64,000 nt of DNA from Nitrospirota bacterium (lineage in GTDB: Bacteria > Nitrospirota > UBA9217), in assembly GCA_035625205.1 (NCBI GenBank), contig DASPQB010000253.1, forward strand, positions 4,930 through 68,929. Reading direction: 5' to 3'. Under the pieces are notes generated by a model. It was not told where the DNA came from. It did no database searches and was given only the letters and a program-made list of their open reading frames with translations. Made by a program: the position numbers and the translations under genes. Of the stretch, positions 36,997 through 48,368 are shown piece by piece (position 1 is the first letter of the stretch; the number at the start of each line of letters is the position of its first letter).

Positions 36997-39900
36997 ATGA
37001 CAACCAACTCCAAATATCAGGCCACGTCTAAAACATCCGACACATCCAAATCCGTTCACCTTTCGGCCTCCGCCGGTTCGGGCAAGACACGCGCGCTCAA
37101 GGACCGGTACCTCTCACTCCTGGACGAGTTGGATCACCGCGGTCTCAACATCGATCAGGCCGTGGCAATCACGTTCACAGACAAAGCAGCAGCAGAGATT
37201 AAAGAACGCGTGATGCAAGACCTGCCCGAGGCCATGCTCAAAAAAATCATCCGTGGCAGACAAGACCTCCGCATATCCACAATCCACTCTTTCTGCATGA
37301 ATCTGCTCAAACGTTATCCGCTTGAAGCGAGGCTTCCGCCCGACTTCGGCGTGCTTGATGCCCGGGACCAGACCCACAAAATTCAAAATGCCATCGAAGA
37401 AGCGCTTGAAGAATCGGGCCGCGATCCCTCGACCAGGGACCCGCTCGGTCAATTCACCGCCGACGAGCTAGTTACGGCACTCGTGTTTTTGATCTCCATC
37501 AGAAGCAAGCTGAAACGGATGGAAATCGATGCCGGCGGGCCCGCGGGATTAATCCGCTCCGTCCGTGCCGGCATGAGCATAGACCAGGCAGAATCAGAGC
37601 TGCAGGAGTTCATTGAAAGCGCGGAATGGCGGAAGGTACTTCAGCACATGGAGCAAGTCCTTCAATCACAGCCTGACTTTTATAATGAATGTCTGGGGGA
37701 AAAGCATCTCCTGCTGGCCAAAGCGGAAACCATTGAGGACGCCGAAAGGATTTCCAAATCTCTTGTCGCAATCTATTTCAAGAAGGATGGTACGCCAAGC
37801 AAAAAAGCCTATATCGCGAAAATCAACTATCTGGGCAACAAGCGGGAAGAATATGAAAACGCTTTCTTCTCCGTTCAGGAGATACTCGCAAGGCTGCGGA
37901 CGCTTTCTACAAGAAGGCAGGCAGGCTACGAGTCCTTAAGCCTGTTACGCTTGTACCAGCATGCAGAGAGCAACTACCAGGAATCGAAGCTCAGGGAAGG
38001 TCTACTAGACTTCGATGACCTCGAGATCTATGCCTACCGCCTTCTCCAGGGGCAGGACTCTCCCGATATCCTTTACTGGCTTGACCGAAAGATACTCCAC
38101 ATCCTCGTGGACGAGTTCCAGGACACGAGCGATATCCAATGGGCCATCGTAAACAAACTGACGGAGGAGATCTTCGCGGGTCAGGGAGCGGATAAGCCCA
38201 TGCGGCCAACGCTCTTCGTGGTAGGCGATGAAAAACAGTCCATCTACCGTTTCCGTGAGGCTAACTACCGCTTACTAGAAGACGTCAGAAATAAAATGGA
38301 AAGGAATATTCCTGCAGAATGGCGCGAGATCCTTACTCTGGACAAAAATTTTCGGTCGACTCCGGAAATCATCGAGATCGTAAACGAGGTTTTTAGCACA
38401 CTCTGGGGTGAGTCGTACAAACCTTCTGAAGTGGAACGTAAAAACCAAAGAGGGAGCGTAAGGCTCATAGAACTTTCCCCGAAGGGGACAGGGGAAACGA
38501 CCGATGTCCTGAGTGAAGCGGAAATACTTGCACGAGAAATAAAGGCGGTAATCGAGGCGAAGACGGCGATTTTCGTGCAAACGGCCGGTTCCCTTTTGCA
38601 CGGAAGAACGGTCATCGAAGACAGCAGCTTGTATGCACGCCCTGCCGGCTACGGCGATTGCGCAGTACTGATCCAATCGCGCACAAAGCTCAAGGAATAT
38701 GAAGCTGCTCTGGAGTCCGCCGGTATCCCCTTCCGCGTTGTCGGCGGCATCGGGTTCTACGATGAGGACGAAATTCAGGCATTGATCAACGTTCTTTTTT
38801 TCTTGTGGAACCGCGCCGACATGCTCGCGCTCGCAGCTGCGCTCAAATCCCCCCTCTTCGGCTTCACGGAAAAGGACCTCTTCGATCTCTTCCAGGAAAA
38901 AGGCACCGTGGCCGACGCACTGAAGAAGCACAGGCCGTCTACCGCTGAACTTCTGCAGAATTGGATGAACATCGCCGGCCTCGCCTCTCTTTCTGGGCTC
39001 GTCCACAAGATAGTCGAGGATACTGGTGCATATGTCCGTTTCGGCAGACGCAACCCCCAGGCGATTTTCAATATCGATAAACTCCTCGACACTGCTCGGG
39101 AATTCGACCGCAGAGGCTATACTACGCTCCAGGACTTCGTCGAATGGGTCAAGAACATCCGCGAGGCTGAACAGCGTGAAGCCACTGCAGATATGAACCT
39201 GCCTGGTTTCCAGGGTGCGGTTAGCATCATGACCGTCCATAAGGCAAAGGGGCTCGAATATCCCATCGTGTTCCTTCCTGGCATGAATCAGGCGCCGCGG
39301 TCCGTTACCCGCGGGCCGGACGTGATCATCAGTGAAAGAGGCCACGAAACACGCATGGCTGTCAAGGACGCGGCGAACCCGCTCTACAAAGAACTATGGG
39401 CTCAGGAAATGGAGGAGCTTAAGCGGGAGCATCAAAGGCTTCTCTACGTAGCCATGACACGTGCCCGTGACCATCTGATCATGATTGGCGTGAGAAAAGA
39501 CGACAAAAAACAGTTCAAGCAATCTACCTGGTTGGACTATCTTCATATGGCAGTTCCGAAGCCGCTCTTCGATTCGGAAAACAAATCAAGACCGGGAATT
39601 ACTACCTATGCATATTCAACAGGAACTGTATTGCAGGCTAAGGGCATGACCATGGACACCCCCCTGACCAGCAGTCCCGATCAATCCCCGCCGACTCACA
39701 TAGATACTCAAACCATCATCGACAACATCGCCCCGATTCCACCTTCGCGATCGCTGGAATGGAAAAGAGCAACTGATTTCATCGAACATCCGACAGCGCT
39801 TGATTCGGTGTCAGTCGAGACCACAGCCGGCGCCGTTTCTCCCCTTACCCGCGGGAGCGTGCTTCACCGCTGTCTTGAGGATTATGCGAAGTTCGGCTTC

Positions 39901-40326
39901 TACCAGCTCGAGCAAATCATCACCGGGTATTTTGACATCGTATCCCTCGACACAACAAATCTTCGGCGGTTCATCGCTGATACCAAGTCCCTGCTAGGTG
40001 CTATTCTGTCAAACAAAGAGCTCGCATGGATATTTGAGCGCGAGGCTTCCGTTTACTCCGAACTCCCCTTCCTGTACAAAAAAGGGGATTCGCTCGTAAG
40101 CGGGATCATTGATCGCGCGATAATCAAGGGCAGCAAAGGATATATCATCGATTACAAGGGAATTTTCGCCGAAAATGAAGAGGCGCTCAAGACGTGGACC
40201 GACCATTACCGGCCGCAGATTCAGATCTACTGCGAAGCTATAAAAGAAATTTTCAACCTGGCATCAGTGGATGGGTACCTTCTCTTTCTTGGTAGTGCCA
40301 GGCTCGAACTAGCGAATGAAATATAA
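36997..40326 (+). CDS. addA: AddA/RecB-like UvrD-family helicase-nuclease subunit A
   Basis: 1109 aa. Walker A SAGSGKTRAL and UvrD helicase motifs (VDEFQDTS, FVVGDEKQSIYRFREA). C-terminal RecB-type nuclease GIIDRAII ... IIDYKG. Confidence 0.8.
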   Translation: MTTNSKYQATSKTSDTSKSVHLSASAGSGKTRALKDRYLSLLDELDHRGLNIDQAVAITFTDKAAAEIKERVMQDLPEAMLKKIIRGRQDLRISTIHSFCMNLLKRYPLEARLPPDFGVLDARDQTHKIQNAIEEALEESGRDPSTRDPLGQFTADELVTALVFLISIRSKLKRMEIDAGGPAGLIRSVRAGMSIDQAESELQEFIESAEWRKVLQHMEQVLQSQPDFYNECLGEKHLLLAKAETIEDAERISKSLVAIYFKKDGTPSKKAYIAKINYLGNKREEYENAFFSVQEILARLRTLSTRRQAGYESLSLLRLYQHAESNYQESKLREGLLDFDDLEIYAYRLLQGQDSPDILYWLDRKILHILVDEFQDTSDIQWAIVNKLTEEIFAGQGADKPMRPTLFVVGDEKQSIYRFREANYRLLEDVRNKMERNIPAEWREILTLDKNFRSTPEIIEIVNEVFSTLWGESYKPSEVERKNQRGSVRLIELSPKGTGETTDVLSEAEILAREIKAVIEAKTAIFVQTAGSLLHGRTVIEDSSLYARPAGYGDCAVLIQSRTKLKEYEAALESAGIPFRVVGGIGFYDEDEIQALINVLFFLWNRADMLALAAALKSPLFGFTEKDLFDLFQEKGTVADALKKHRPSTAELLQNWMNIAGLASLSGLVHKIVEDTGAYVRFGRRNPQAIFNIDKLLDTAREFDRRGYTTLQDFVEWVKNIREAEQREATADMNLPGFQGAVSIMTVHKAKGLEYPIVFLPGMNQAPRSVTRGPDVIISERGHETRMAVKDAANPLYKELWAQEMEELKREHQRLLYVAMTRARDHLIMIGVRKDDKKQFKQSTWLDYLHMAVPKPLFDSENKSRPGITTYAYSTGTVLQAKGMTMDTPLTSSPDQSPPTHIDTQTIIDNIAPIPPSRSLEWKRATDFIEHPTALDSVSVETTAGAVSPLTRGSVLHRCLEDYAKFGFYQLEQIITGYFDIVSLDTTNLRRFIADTKSLLGAILSNKELAWIFEREASVYSELPFLYKKGDSLVSGIIDRAIIKGSKGYIIDYKGIFAENEEALKTWTDHYRPQIQIYCEAIKEIFNLASVDGYLLFLGSARLELANEI

Positions 40327-40527
40327 TCATTTCCTTCGTCCTCGCCAATAATCTAAAAAATATTGTATATTAATTGTCAAAGACGTCGTTCATCTTCACG
40401 ATATCTAGCAATTAAGCTTTTCTCGGTCTGTGGTGTCAAATCCTGTGATTCTTCCCGAATTTAAAAAAACCGACAGGTTGTGGAGTGTTCATCTTTTATT
40501 GTGAGCTAAAACAAGGAGGCCATACTA

Positions 40528-41991
40528 ATGACGCGATCGTTCATAAAGCAAGAGGTAGGATACAAAAGGTTATGTGTAATGATTCTCGCAGCGGTACTGG
40601 TAAGTGGATTGCCATCTTCAGGCATCGCCAGCGCGAAGGACGGTACGGTTTCCCGGGAATCCTCACAACTTCTCGGCAGCCTGAGCGACGCGCTAGCCGA
40701 AGTCGCCGAAGCCGCCAGGCCTGCGGTCGTAAATATTTCTACAACATCTACTGTTACCATGGAAGAAAGTCCCTTTGGCGACATGTTTAACGATCCTTTC
40801 TTCCGGCGCTTCTTCGGCGACCAGTTTGACCATCCTGGGCAGAAACGCAAATACAAATCATCGGCCCTCGGTTCGGGTGTTATCGTTGCAGAAAACGGCT
40901 ATATCCTCACCAATAACCATGTAATCAAAGGTGCAGATGAAATTAAGATAATACTGTATGACAAGCGTGAATTCATGGGAAAGGTCGTGGGCACCGATCC
41001 ACGAACGGACCTCGCGGTCGTCAAGATCAATGCAAAGGATCTTCCATTGCTCAAGTTCGGTGACTCCAACAAACTTAAAACAGGTGATATAGTCCTAGCA
41101 ATCGGCAATCCATTCGGCCTGAACCAAACCATTACGATGGGAATCGTCAGTGCCGTAGGGAGGTCAAATATAGGGCTCTCTGATTTCGAAGACTTTATCC
41201 AGACCGATGCGGCAATCAATCCCGGCAACTCTGGAGGGGCACTGGTGAATTCAAACGCAGAACTCATCGGCATCAACACGGCCATCTTTTCTACCAGTGG
41301 CGGATACATGGGCATCGGGTTCGCCATTCCGTCTGAGATGGTGAAAACCGTGATGAACAGCATCATCAAGCACGGCAAGGTGATCCGTGGCTGGATGGGC
41401 GTGAGCATACAAAACCTCACGCCGGAACTCGCAAAATCGCTTGGCATTAAAGAAACTGAAGGCGCACTCATTTCAGGAGTGGAAAAGGACAGCCCTGCTG
41501 ATAAAGCAGGCCTTAAGCGGGGAGATCTCGTCGTTGCATTAAACGGGAAAAAGGTCGTCGATGCAACGGGCCTTCGGAACATGGTTGCCGCAATGGCCCC
41601 GGGGACGAAGATCGACGTCAAGATCGTCAGAGAAGGCAAGGATCAAACTGTGCCGATGACGCTGGGTGAATATAAAGAAAGAAAGGTCGTCAAGAAAACG
41701 GAATACAGCAATGTCTTAAGGGGGATTACTGTCCAGGAACTTACACCCACGTTGCGTGATAAGCTGAACCTGCCGGACAATTTAAACGGCGTTGTGATCA
41801 CCGACATCAGCCCGGACAGTCCTTCCCAGGGGTTGTTGCAGGTGAATGACTTGATCCAAGAGGTTAACCGTGAAGCAATCCAGAGTGCGGAGGAGTATGA
41901 CCAGGCGGTATCGAAGCTCGGGGAAAAGGACATTGTCCTCTTGCTCATCTACCGAGACGGAGGCTCGGTGTATCTCACGATCAAACCGTGA
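40528..41991 (+). CDS. DegP/HtrA-family periplasmic serine endoprotease with two PDZ domains
   Basis: RBS AAGGAGG and a signal peptide. Catalytic triad region (TNNHVI, D in KREFMGKVVGTDPRTDLAV, GNSGGAL). Two PDZ-like C-terminal segments. Confidence 0.85.
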   Translation: MTRSFIKQEVGYKRLCVMILAAVLVSGLPSSGIASAKDGTVSRESSQLLGSLSDALAEVAEAARPAVVNISTTSTVTMEESPFGDMFNDPFFRRFFGDQFDHPGQKRKYKSSALGSGVIVAENGYILTNNHVIKGADEIKIILYDKREFMGKVVGTDPRTDLAVVKINAKDLPLLKFGDSNKLKTGDIVLAIGNPFGLNQTITMGIVSAVGRSNIGLSDFEDFIQTDAAINPGNSGGALVNSNAELIGINTAIFSTSGGYMGIGFAIPSEMVKTVMNSIIKHGKVIRGWMGVSIQNLTPELAKSLGIKETEGALISGVEKDSPADKAGLKRGDLVVALNGKKVVDATGLRNMVAAMAPGTKIDVKIVREGKDQTVPMTLGEYKERKVVKKTEYSNVLRGITVQELTPTLRDKLNLPDNLNGVVITDISPDSPSQGLLQVNDLIQEVNREAIQSAEEYDQAVSKLGEKDIVLLLIYRDGGSVYLTIKP

Positions 41992-42551
41992 ACCGAATCG
42001 TGGCTCCCGCTTGATCCCCCTGATTTGAGAAAGCCACATACCATGTCATTAAGGGCAAGAAATACGCGTAGTAACACTTCAGGGGAATCAGGCTAGAGGG
42101 GAGGCAAGTCATCCGGTTGCGGAAATCAGCGGAAAAGGACTTTTTCCTAGAAATGGAACTCCACGGAGCCACGGAGCGTACCAAGGACTACAATTTCTGC
42201 ACAACGAAAAGATCATATGCGAAGAGTTCGTCGAGAGCAAATATGGCGTTCTCGGAGGGAGGTTTCAAGACCTACAGGTATGAGTTTAATTGAGCACGAA
42301 CATCAATGCCTGAGGCAGCTTGAAAAAATACAATGCAGAGTTCTTAAACAATTAACAGGGGAACCTCACTGCATTCGGGATGAGCGTATGTCAATCCCGA
42401 GTCAGCACGAGGAAAGGAATTGAGTACACGGAATGTCGAGCTCTGATCGTTACCTGTTATTTTTTGAAAAAGCACTGAGGAGACTTCCTGGGTACCGGTC
42501 TCTCCGGTACTTCATGTTTCGGGGGGACAGCCCCTCAGTCTGACAAACTGG

Positions 42552-44213
42552 TTACGCTACCTCTACCCGGTTCCGCCCTTTTGCCTTGGCCCTGTAGAGA
42601 GCATTGTCCACCCTTCGCGTAAAGCGGTCGTCATTATCATCTGCTTCCATCTGGGCCACCCCGAAACTGCAGGTAACATGCCCGACACCCGGAAATTTCC
42701 GGCTGTCGATCATGTGCCGCAGTTTCTCCGCAAATACTCGTGCCTTATCCACGGATGTGTTAAGGATGAGGATCATGAACTCCTCTCCACCCCACCTCGC
42801 GAAAAGGTCAGACGCCCTGATGCTGTGGGCGACTAGGCTGGTCAAGGTACGCAGGACTTTGTCTCCTGCTTGGTGACCATAGGTGTCATTGATATCCTTG
42901 AAATGGTCGACATCAAACATGATGAGTGTAAGCTCCGAACCGAATCGTCCTGCTCGGCGGATCTCCATATTAAGGGCGTCGGTAAATTTCACCCGATTGG
43001 AAATTCCCGTAAGAGGATCTGTGGTTGCCTGGCGTACCAGGAACTCATTGAGCATTTCCAGCTCCGCTTCCATCCGCTTGCGGTCGGTTATGTCTTGAAA
43101 AACAACCACGGTCCCTCCAATCTGTCCATGTTTCCTGAGGGGAGTCGCGACGATGGAAACAGGAAACAATGCCCCGTCCCTACGCATGAAGAGGTTGTCC
43201 TCACTGCGATACGTCCCCCCGGTGCCGATGGTCTTCAATATGGAGCACTGTGATGTCGTCACACTTGTTCCATCGGCCTTCTCACAGTGAATCACCTCAT
43301 AAAACTCCTTTCCCAAGAGTTCCGATTCACTCCAGCCCAAGAGTTTTTCCGCCTCAGGGTTTATAAATTGTATGCGGCCCTCTTCGTCCAGAACATAGAG
43401 TCCCTCGCCGATCATGTCCGTAATATTGCTCAATCTGGCTTCACTTTCCCTCAGGGCCTCTTCCATCCGTTTGCGTTCTGTGATGTCTCGAAGGGCACCC
43501 TCTATTCCGGAGGGCTGTCCCGACGCGTCATACAAAAAATGGGCGTTAAGAGAAGCATAGAGGGCCGGATTGTCTTTCGTTTTAAGAACAAGCTCGTAAT
43601 CGACGACCTTGCCCGTTTTCTGCAACGCAGTAAGGAGCTTCATCCTGTCGTCGGGATCGGCATAGAAATTCGACACGGGTTTGCCGATGAGTTCTTCCCG
43701 GGAAAATCCAGAATAGTGAAAGACTGAGGGACTGACATCGATAAAGTTGCCGTTCACATCGGTCTGGAAGAATACGTCTTGAACATTTTCAAAAATCAAC
43801 CGATATTTTTTTTCACTTATCCGTAAAGCGTCTTCTGCCTTGTTGCGTTCCCCAACTAATCTCTTGAGCTCTCGGTTCAACCGGAGCAGGGATAAATATC
43901 TCCATCCGGCCATCATGCCGATGCTGATCAACAGGACAATGGCACCGACGGCTAAGATCCAGCTCGATGCCATATGATCGGCAGAAGGTTGGGCATCCGG
44001 CAGATCACTGAAACCAACGATCAATACTGCCGCCGGGAAAATAAAAGCTTGTGTACGTAGAGAGCGCAAAATGGTTTTCATATCGCGTCGCACCATGCGC
44101 AAATATTTCCGGATCTCGTTCCTCTTGAGACGTTCATATTGGATCGCACCTGAGCAGTATCTCCTTTTTAAGTGTAACAAGTATACCACAATAACTGAAG
44201 AATATTTAAGCAA
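42552..44213 (-). CDS. Membrane-anchored PAS/PAC - GGDEF diguanylate cyclase
   Basis: N-terminal TM helices, two PAS-like segments and a C-terminal GGDEF domain with RWGGEEF active site and RxxD I-site-like context. Confidence 0.8.
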   Translation of the reverse strand: MLKYSSVIVVYLLHLKRRYCSGAIQYERLKRNEIRKYLRMVRRDMKTILRSLRTQAFIFPAAVLIVGFSDLPDAQPSADHMASSWILAVGAIVLLISIGMMAGWRYLSLLRLNRELKRLVGERNKAEDALRISEKKYRLIFENVQDVFFQTDVNGNFIDVSPSVFHYSGFSREELIGKPVSNFYADPDDRMKLLTALQKTGKVVDYELVLKTKDNPALYASLNAHFLYDASGQPSGIEGALRDITERKRMEEALRESEARLSNITDMIGEGLYVLDEEGRIQFINPEAEKLLGWSESELLGKEFYEVIHCEKADGTSVTTSQCSILKTIGTGGTYRSEDNLFMRRDGALFPVSIVATPLRKHGQIGGTVVVFQDITDRKRMEAELEMLNEFLVRQATTDPLTGISNRVKFTDALNMEIRRAGRFGSELTLIMFDVDHFKDINDTYGHQAGDKVLRTLTSLVAHSIRASDLFARWGGEEFMILILNTSVDKARVFAEKLRHMIDSRKFPGVGHVTCSFGVAQMEADDNDDRFTRRVDNALYRAKAKGRNRVEVA

Positions 44214-44329
44214 AATTGTCGATTCCCGGTGAAGCCCACTCTTTTTGCATAATGTAATTCCTTGTCTTCGTCAAGGAACCCCAAATTGACTCCTCCCGAA
44301 AAACTGCTACAATTCTAAAGAGGTGTCCT

Positions 44330-45709
44330 ATGAAGGAATACGATGTCATCATAATCGGGTCAGGCAGCGGAGCCAACCTTATTGAAGACGCACTGTCGCA
44401 CAACAAAACCGTGGCCCTGGCTGACAAAGGTCCCGTGGGCGGGACTTGTCTCAATGTCGGCTGCATCCCAACGAAGATGATTGTTTACCCCGCCGACCGC
44501 ATCATGGAAATTCGCGAAGCCGGAAAACTCGGCATCACTGCAGATATAAAAGGGGTTGACTTCACCGCCATTATGGAACGAATGCGCAAAACCGTTCAGA
44601 AGAGCCATGATCACATTCGGGAAGCATTGGAAAAATCCGATGACATCGATTTTTATTTCGGCGAAGCGCACTTCACCAGCGACTACACCCTCGAGGTGAA
44701 CGACAAGATCATAAAAGGCAAAACGATCTTTATCGTTTCCGGAGCTCGGCCGCTCATACCGCCTATTAAGGGCATCGAGAGCATCGAGTACCTGACCAAT
44801 GAAACAGCACTGCGGCTCACGGAAAAACCCGAAAGTATGGTCATCATTGGCGGGGGATACATTGCTGCGGAGTTCGCCCACTTTTTCGAAGCCGTAGGAA
44901 CAAAAATCACGATCATCCAGCGGAATAACCGACTCGTGCCCGATGAAGAACCGGAGGTATCGGAAACGCTCAAGAAGGCCCTTTCCCGCCGCATGGCGAT
45001 ACATACCGATACTGAGGCAATCGAGGTCCGCCAGACAGGAAAGGTCACGACGGTCGTGGTAAAAGAACGGGGAAGTGGCAAACAAACTGAGATCATTGCA
45101 CAGCACGTCCTGATTGCGGCGGGCAGAAAGTCGAACGCCGATGTCCTCATGGTCGCAAACACGGCTGTTAAAACGAACGAGCAGGGATATATCGTCGTTG
45201 ACGATTTTTTGGAAACCACGAAAAGGAACATCTGGTCCTTTGGAGACGCTATCGGGAAAAAAATGTTTCGTCATACCGCCAACCATGAGGCTGAGCTCGC
45301 ATGGCAAAACGCGGTTCATGGCAAAAAAACTCGGATGAATTACCTGACGATCCCCCATGCTGTTTTCTCCTGGCCCGAGATTGCATCGGTTGGCTTGACA
45401 GAAGAAGAGGCCATCAAGCTCATCGGCAAAGAGGAGCTGCTCGTGGGGAAGGGGATGTACAGCGAAGTTGCGCGCGGCGAGGCTATGATGGAGACCGAGG
45501 GTTTTGCCAAAGCCATTGTGCACAGAAAATCAGGCAAGATCCTAGGCTACCATATCATCGGTTCCCAAGCTTCCGTCCTGATTCAGGAGGTAGTGAACTC
45601 CATGGCGGCAGACGGCAACCTCTGGACAGTGGCAAAAGGTATACACATTCACCCTGCTCTCTCCGAAATTGTCCTGAAGAGTTTCGGAAAGCTGCACGAG
45701 GTCGATTAA
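44330..45709 (+). CDS. Pyridine nucleotide-disulfide oxidoreductase, dihydrolipoyl dehydrogenase-like (second paralogue)
   Basis: FAD-binding GSGSGAN and redox-active GGTCLNVGCIPTK near the N-terminus. Dimerisation-domain HIHPALSE (His-Pro...Glu) motif. 459 aa. Confidence 0.7.
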   Translation: MKEYDVIIIGSGSGANLIEDALSHNKTVALADKGPVGGTCLNVGCIPTKMIVYPADRIMEIREAGKLGITADIKGVDFTAIMERMRKTVQKSHDHIREALEKSDDIDFYFGEAHFTSDYTLEVNDKIIKGKTIFIVSGARPLIPPIKGIESIEYLTNETALRLTEKPESMVIIGGGYIAAEFAHFFEAVGTKITIIQRNNRLVPDEEPEVSETLKKALSRRMAIHTDTEAIEVRQTGKVTTVVVKERGSGKQTEIIAQHVLIAAGRKSNADVLMVANTAVKTNEQGYIVVDDFLETTKRNIWSFGDAIGKKMFRHTANHEAELAWQNAVHGKKTRMNYLTIPHAVFSWPEIASVGLTEEEAIKLIGKEELLVGKGMYSEVARGEAMMETEGFAKAIVHRKSGKILGYHIIGSQASVLIQEVVNSMAADGNLWTVAKGIHIHPALSEIVLKSFGKLHEVD

Positions 45710-46467
45710 AAAGAGGCCCCGAGTTTCACACCTAGCATATCGGCAGAAGAACTCGGCTGGTATACTAAACCTATCGATGTGTTAACGTTATGGGATTGCG
45801 CGAACCGCAGGCTGTCATAGAACACTGGCGCCTTGAAATGATACATCTTCATACCTGCCTCGGCGAACCATGATGATTGAAGGCCCGGATACAAGGTAAA
45901 GTCCGGGCTGTTGTTCCCGCTGTTCAAATATACGCTGTTCTCATTGTAAATGGCAGTTTAACTCCCCCCTCAGCGTATAGCCGTACCCTTCGGATATGGA
46001 TATTTCGCCTCGTACTCCGAGCCGGCTGAACGCGGTCAACCATTCTTCTGTGTATCCTGATGCAACGGAACCGGATAAGGTAGTGCTATCATGGAGGTCT
46101 CTGGACCAAGAACTGATACCTAATCCTCCAAATGGCTCGAGGAAGGATTTTTCGCCAACGCGGAACGCTCTACCAGCATCGCACTGGATATTCGCTCCGA
46201 CATACCTCACCGTGGTCTTAACCGGACTCCCCCCTGAGTAGTTCCATCATATCCCACCGTGCCCGCGAAGAGCTCGGCGAGGGGCTTTACCGTCATATGG
46301 TTCGAAAATTCATTCCAATACGAGAGCCCTGGGCCGGCAAGGATTCCTGACTCACGGAGCGGACGAACGCCATTTTGGTATTCGCTGCAGGTATAGTCAT
46401 CGACCTTAAGATAGACATCCATCTCACCTGCAAATGCGCCGGCGGTGACTTGTTGATCGAATACCAC
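45706..46467 (-). pseudogene. Disrupted outer-membrane beta-barrel protein gene (MipA/OmpV-like), split over three frames
   Basis: Three consecutive minus-strand ORFs (46207..46467, 45941..46210, 45706..45927) totalling ~248 aa and ending in the C-terminal ...LGVKLGASF typical of OM beta-barrels. No signal peptide is recoverable upstream. The fragments are joined only by frame changes. Confidence 0.4.
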
Positions 46468-46697
46468 AGGAGCATGAAAATCGCAAAGGATCGCCGATAA
46501 AGTTTAAGAACATACAGCTTCGTCACGCAAACGCTCCCTCAAAAAAACGAAGAGATACTGCCTCACGTTTCAACTTACGATCTCGTATCGGGAACGCTCT
46601 ACCTCCCTTGGCTGAAGACGAGTTAGGGAGTATGCAGAGATCCCCATCTCGTTTCTGCGCCGGTTGAATGGTGGTCAGCGGAAGCTTAGTAGGATTC

Positions 46698-48098
46698 TTA
46701 CTTTTCCAATTTTGGTGCATGTATCGCCATGCCGTGCACGTCCTCCGCCGCTTCCATGATCCCCTCTGCTAGCGTGGGGTGCGCATGGATCATCTGCCCC
46801 AGTTGAGCCGCCGTCGCGCCCATCTGGATGGCAAGCGCACCTTCGTGGATGATGTCCGTCGCATGAGCACCGCAGATGTGGACGCCCAGCACTCTGTCAG
46901 TGGACTCCTCGGCGAGAATCTTGATCATACCAGTGATTTCTCCCATCGCGTGCGCTTTGCCAAGCGTACGGTAGTGGAACCGCCCTACACGGTATTTCAT
47001 GCCCTTCTCTACGGCAGTTTTCTCTCGGATGCCGACACTCCCGATCTCAGGCATGGTAAAAATGCACGAAGGAACTACAGAGTAATCCATCTTCACCTTA
47101 CCGCCGAGGGCGTTTTCTACGGCTACAAGCCCCTGATGAGACGCAACGTGGGCGAGCATGATCTTGCCTGTTACGTCGCCGATGGCGTAAACGCCCTGGA
47201 CGCTGGTCTCCATTCTTTCGTCGACGACGATCTCGCCGCGATTCCCTCTGATCACACCGATGTCTTCGAGGAGGAGGCCGTCTGAGTTCATGCTGCGGCC
47301 AATGGACACAAGTATCATATCAACACCGAGTTCCTGCCCGTTCGAAAGCTTTACCCCGAGAATGCCATTAATGTTTTTTTCGATATTCTCTACTTTTGTG
47401 TTGGGAATAAGCTTGATCTTCGCTTTTTTCAATTCCCGTTCCAGGAGCTCGGACAATTCCTCGTCCTCGGTAGAAATCGCGTAAGGCATCATTTCAACCA
47501 TCGTTACTTCCGCGCCGAACGCGCGGTAGATGAAAGCGAATTCCGACCCGATCACGCCTGCGCCGACGATGAGCAACCTCGCCGGAATACTCTTGAGCAG
47601 GACCGCATCATCACTGGTGACGACGCTCTCGCCATCGAACGGGAAGCCGGGCAGTTTTGCAGGACGCGAACCTGTAGCGATGATGATTTTATCAGATTTA
47701 ATGTCCATCGTCGTGCCGTCTTCCTGCACCACGCGAACAACGTCGGGTGAGAGCAGCGAGCCGCGGCCCTGGATGAGGCTGACGCCCCAGCTCTTGAGCA
47801 GACCCCGGATGCCCTTCACCTGCGTTGATACCACCTTGTCTTTGCGTTCGCGGACCTTCGCGAGGTTGTAGCCGATAGCGCCGGGAACTTCTATGCCGAA
47901 ATCGTCGGCGTGTCGCACCCGTTCAAGCGTTTCAGCCGAGGCAATGAGGGTCTTTGTGGGAATGCAGCCCCAGTTCAGACAAGTGCCGCCCACTTCCGCA
48001 AATTCGATCAACGTCACCTGGGCGCCTTTCTGCGCCGCGTGAATCGCGGCTACATAGCCTCCCGGGCCCGCACCGATTATTGTAACTTTTATAGGCAT
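46698..48098 (-). CDS. lpd: Dihydrolipoyl dehydrogenase (E3 / glycine-cleavage L protein)
   Basis: RBS AAGGAG 6 nt before the internal start MPIKVTIIGAGPGGY (ORF-table start at 48227 rejected). GGTCLNWGCIPTK redox disulfide. C-terminal HAHPTLAE motif. Confidence 0.85.
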   Translation of the reverse strand: MPIKVTIIGAGPGGYVAAIHAAQKGAQVTLIEFAEVGGTCLNWGCIPTKTLIASAETLERVRHADDFGIEVPGAIGYNLAKVRERKDKVVSTQVKGIRGLLKSWGVSLIQGRGSLLSPDVVRVVQEDGTTMDIKSDKIIIATGSRPAKLPGFPFDGESVVTSDDAVLLKSIPARLLIVGAGVIGSEFAFIYRAFGAEVTMVEMMPYAISTEDEELSELLERELKKAKIKLIPNTKVENIEKNINGILGVKLSNGQELGVDMILVSIGRSMNSDGLLLEDIGVIRGNRGEIVVDERMETSVQGVYAIGDVTGKIMLAHVASHQGLVAVENALGGKVKMDYSVVPSCIFTMPEIGSVGIREKTAVEKGMKYRVGRFHYRTLGKAHAMGEITGMIKILAEESTDRVLGVHICGAHATDIIHEGALAIQMGATAAQLGQMIHAHPTLAEGIMEAAEDVHGMAIHAPKLEK

Positions 48099-48341
48099 TA
48101 CACACTCCTTGGGCAAGGTGGTTAAAAAATATGTTTCACACAGCAGTGACCAGAAAAACCGACCAGGCGTTCTAGGCGCAGATGAGCTGGAATAGGCCGA
48201 TAGCATAATCACAAAATCGATTTGCATTAGTAGAAGCTCTTTCGATTCGTCATCTGTGAAAATCTGTGTTCCAACGAATCTAGAAGTAATTTCCTCTATA
48301 TCCTCCGTAGTACCGCGCTCATGTGGTCAAGATCTTAAAGC

Positions 48342-48368
48342 GAAAAAAAGGGAGAGTATGTACTCTCC
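48342..48368 (-). terminator. Intrinsic terminator/attenuator between gcvH and lpd
   Basis: Minus strand: GGGAGAGTAC-ata-CTCTCCC followed by TTTTTTT, 45 nt after the gcvH stop. Confidence 0.5.

Noticed and set aside
48099-48227. 43-codon N-terminal extension of lpd in the ORF table
   Set aside because: A strong RBS (AAGGAG) sits 6 nt before the internal Met that begins the FAD-binding motif MPIKVTIIGAGPGGY. The extension has no similarity.
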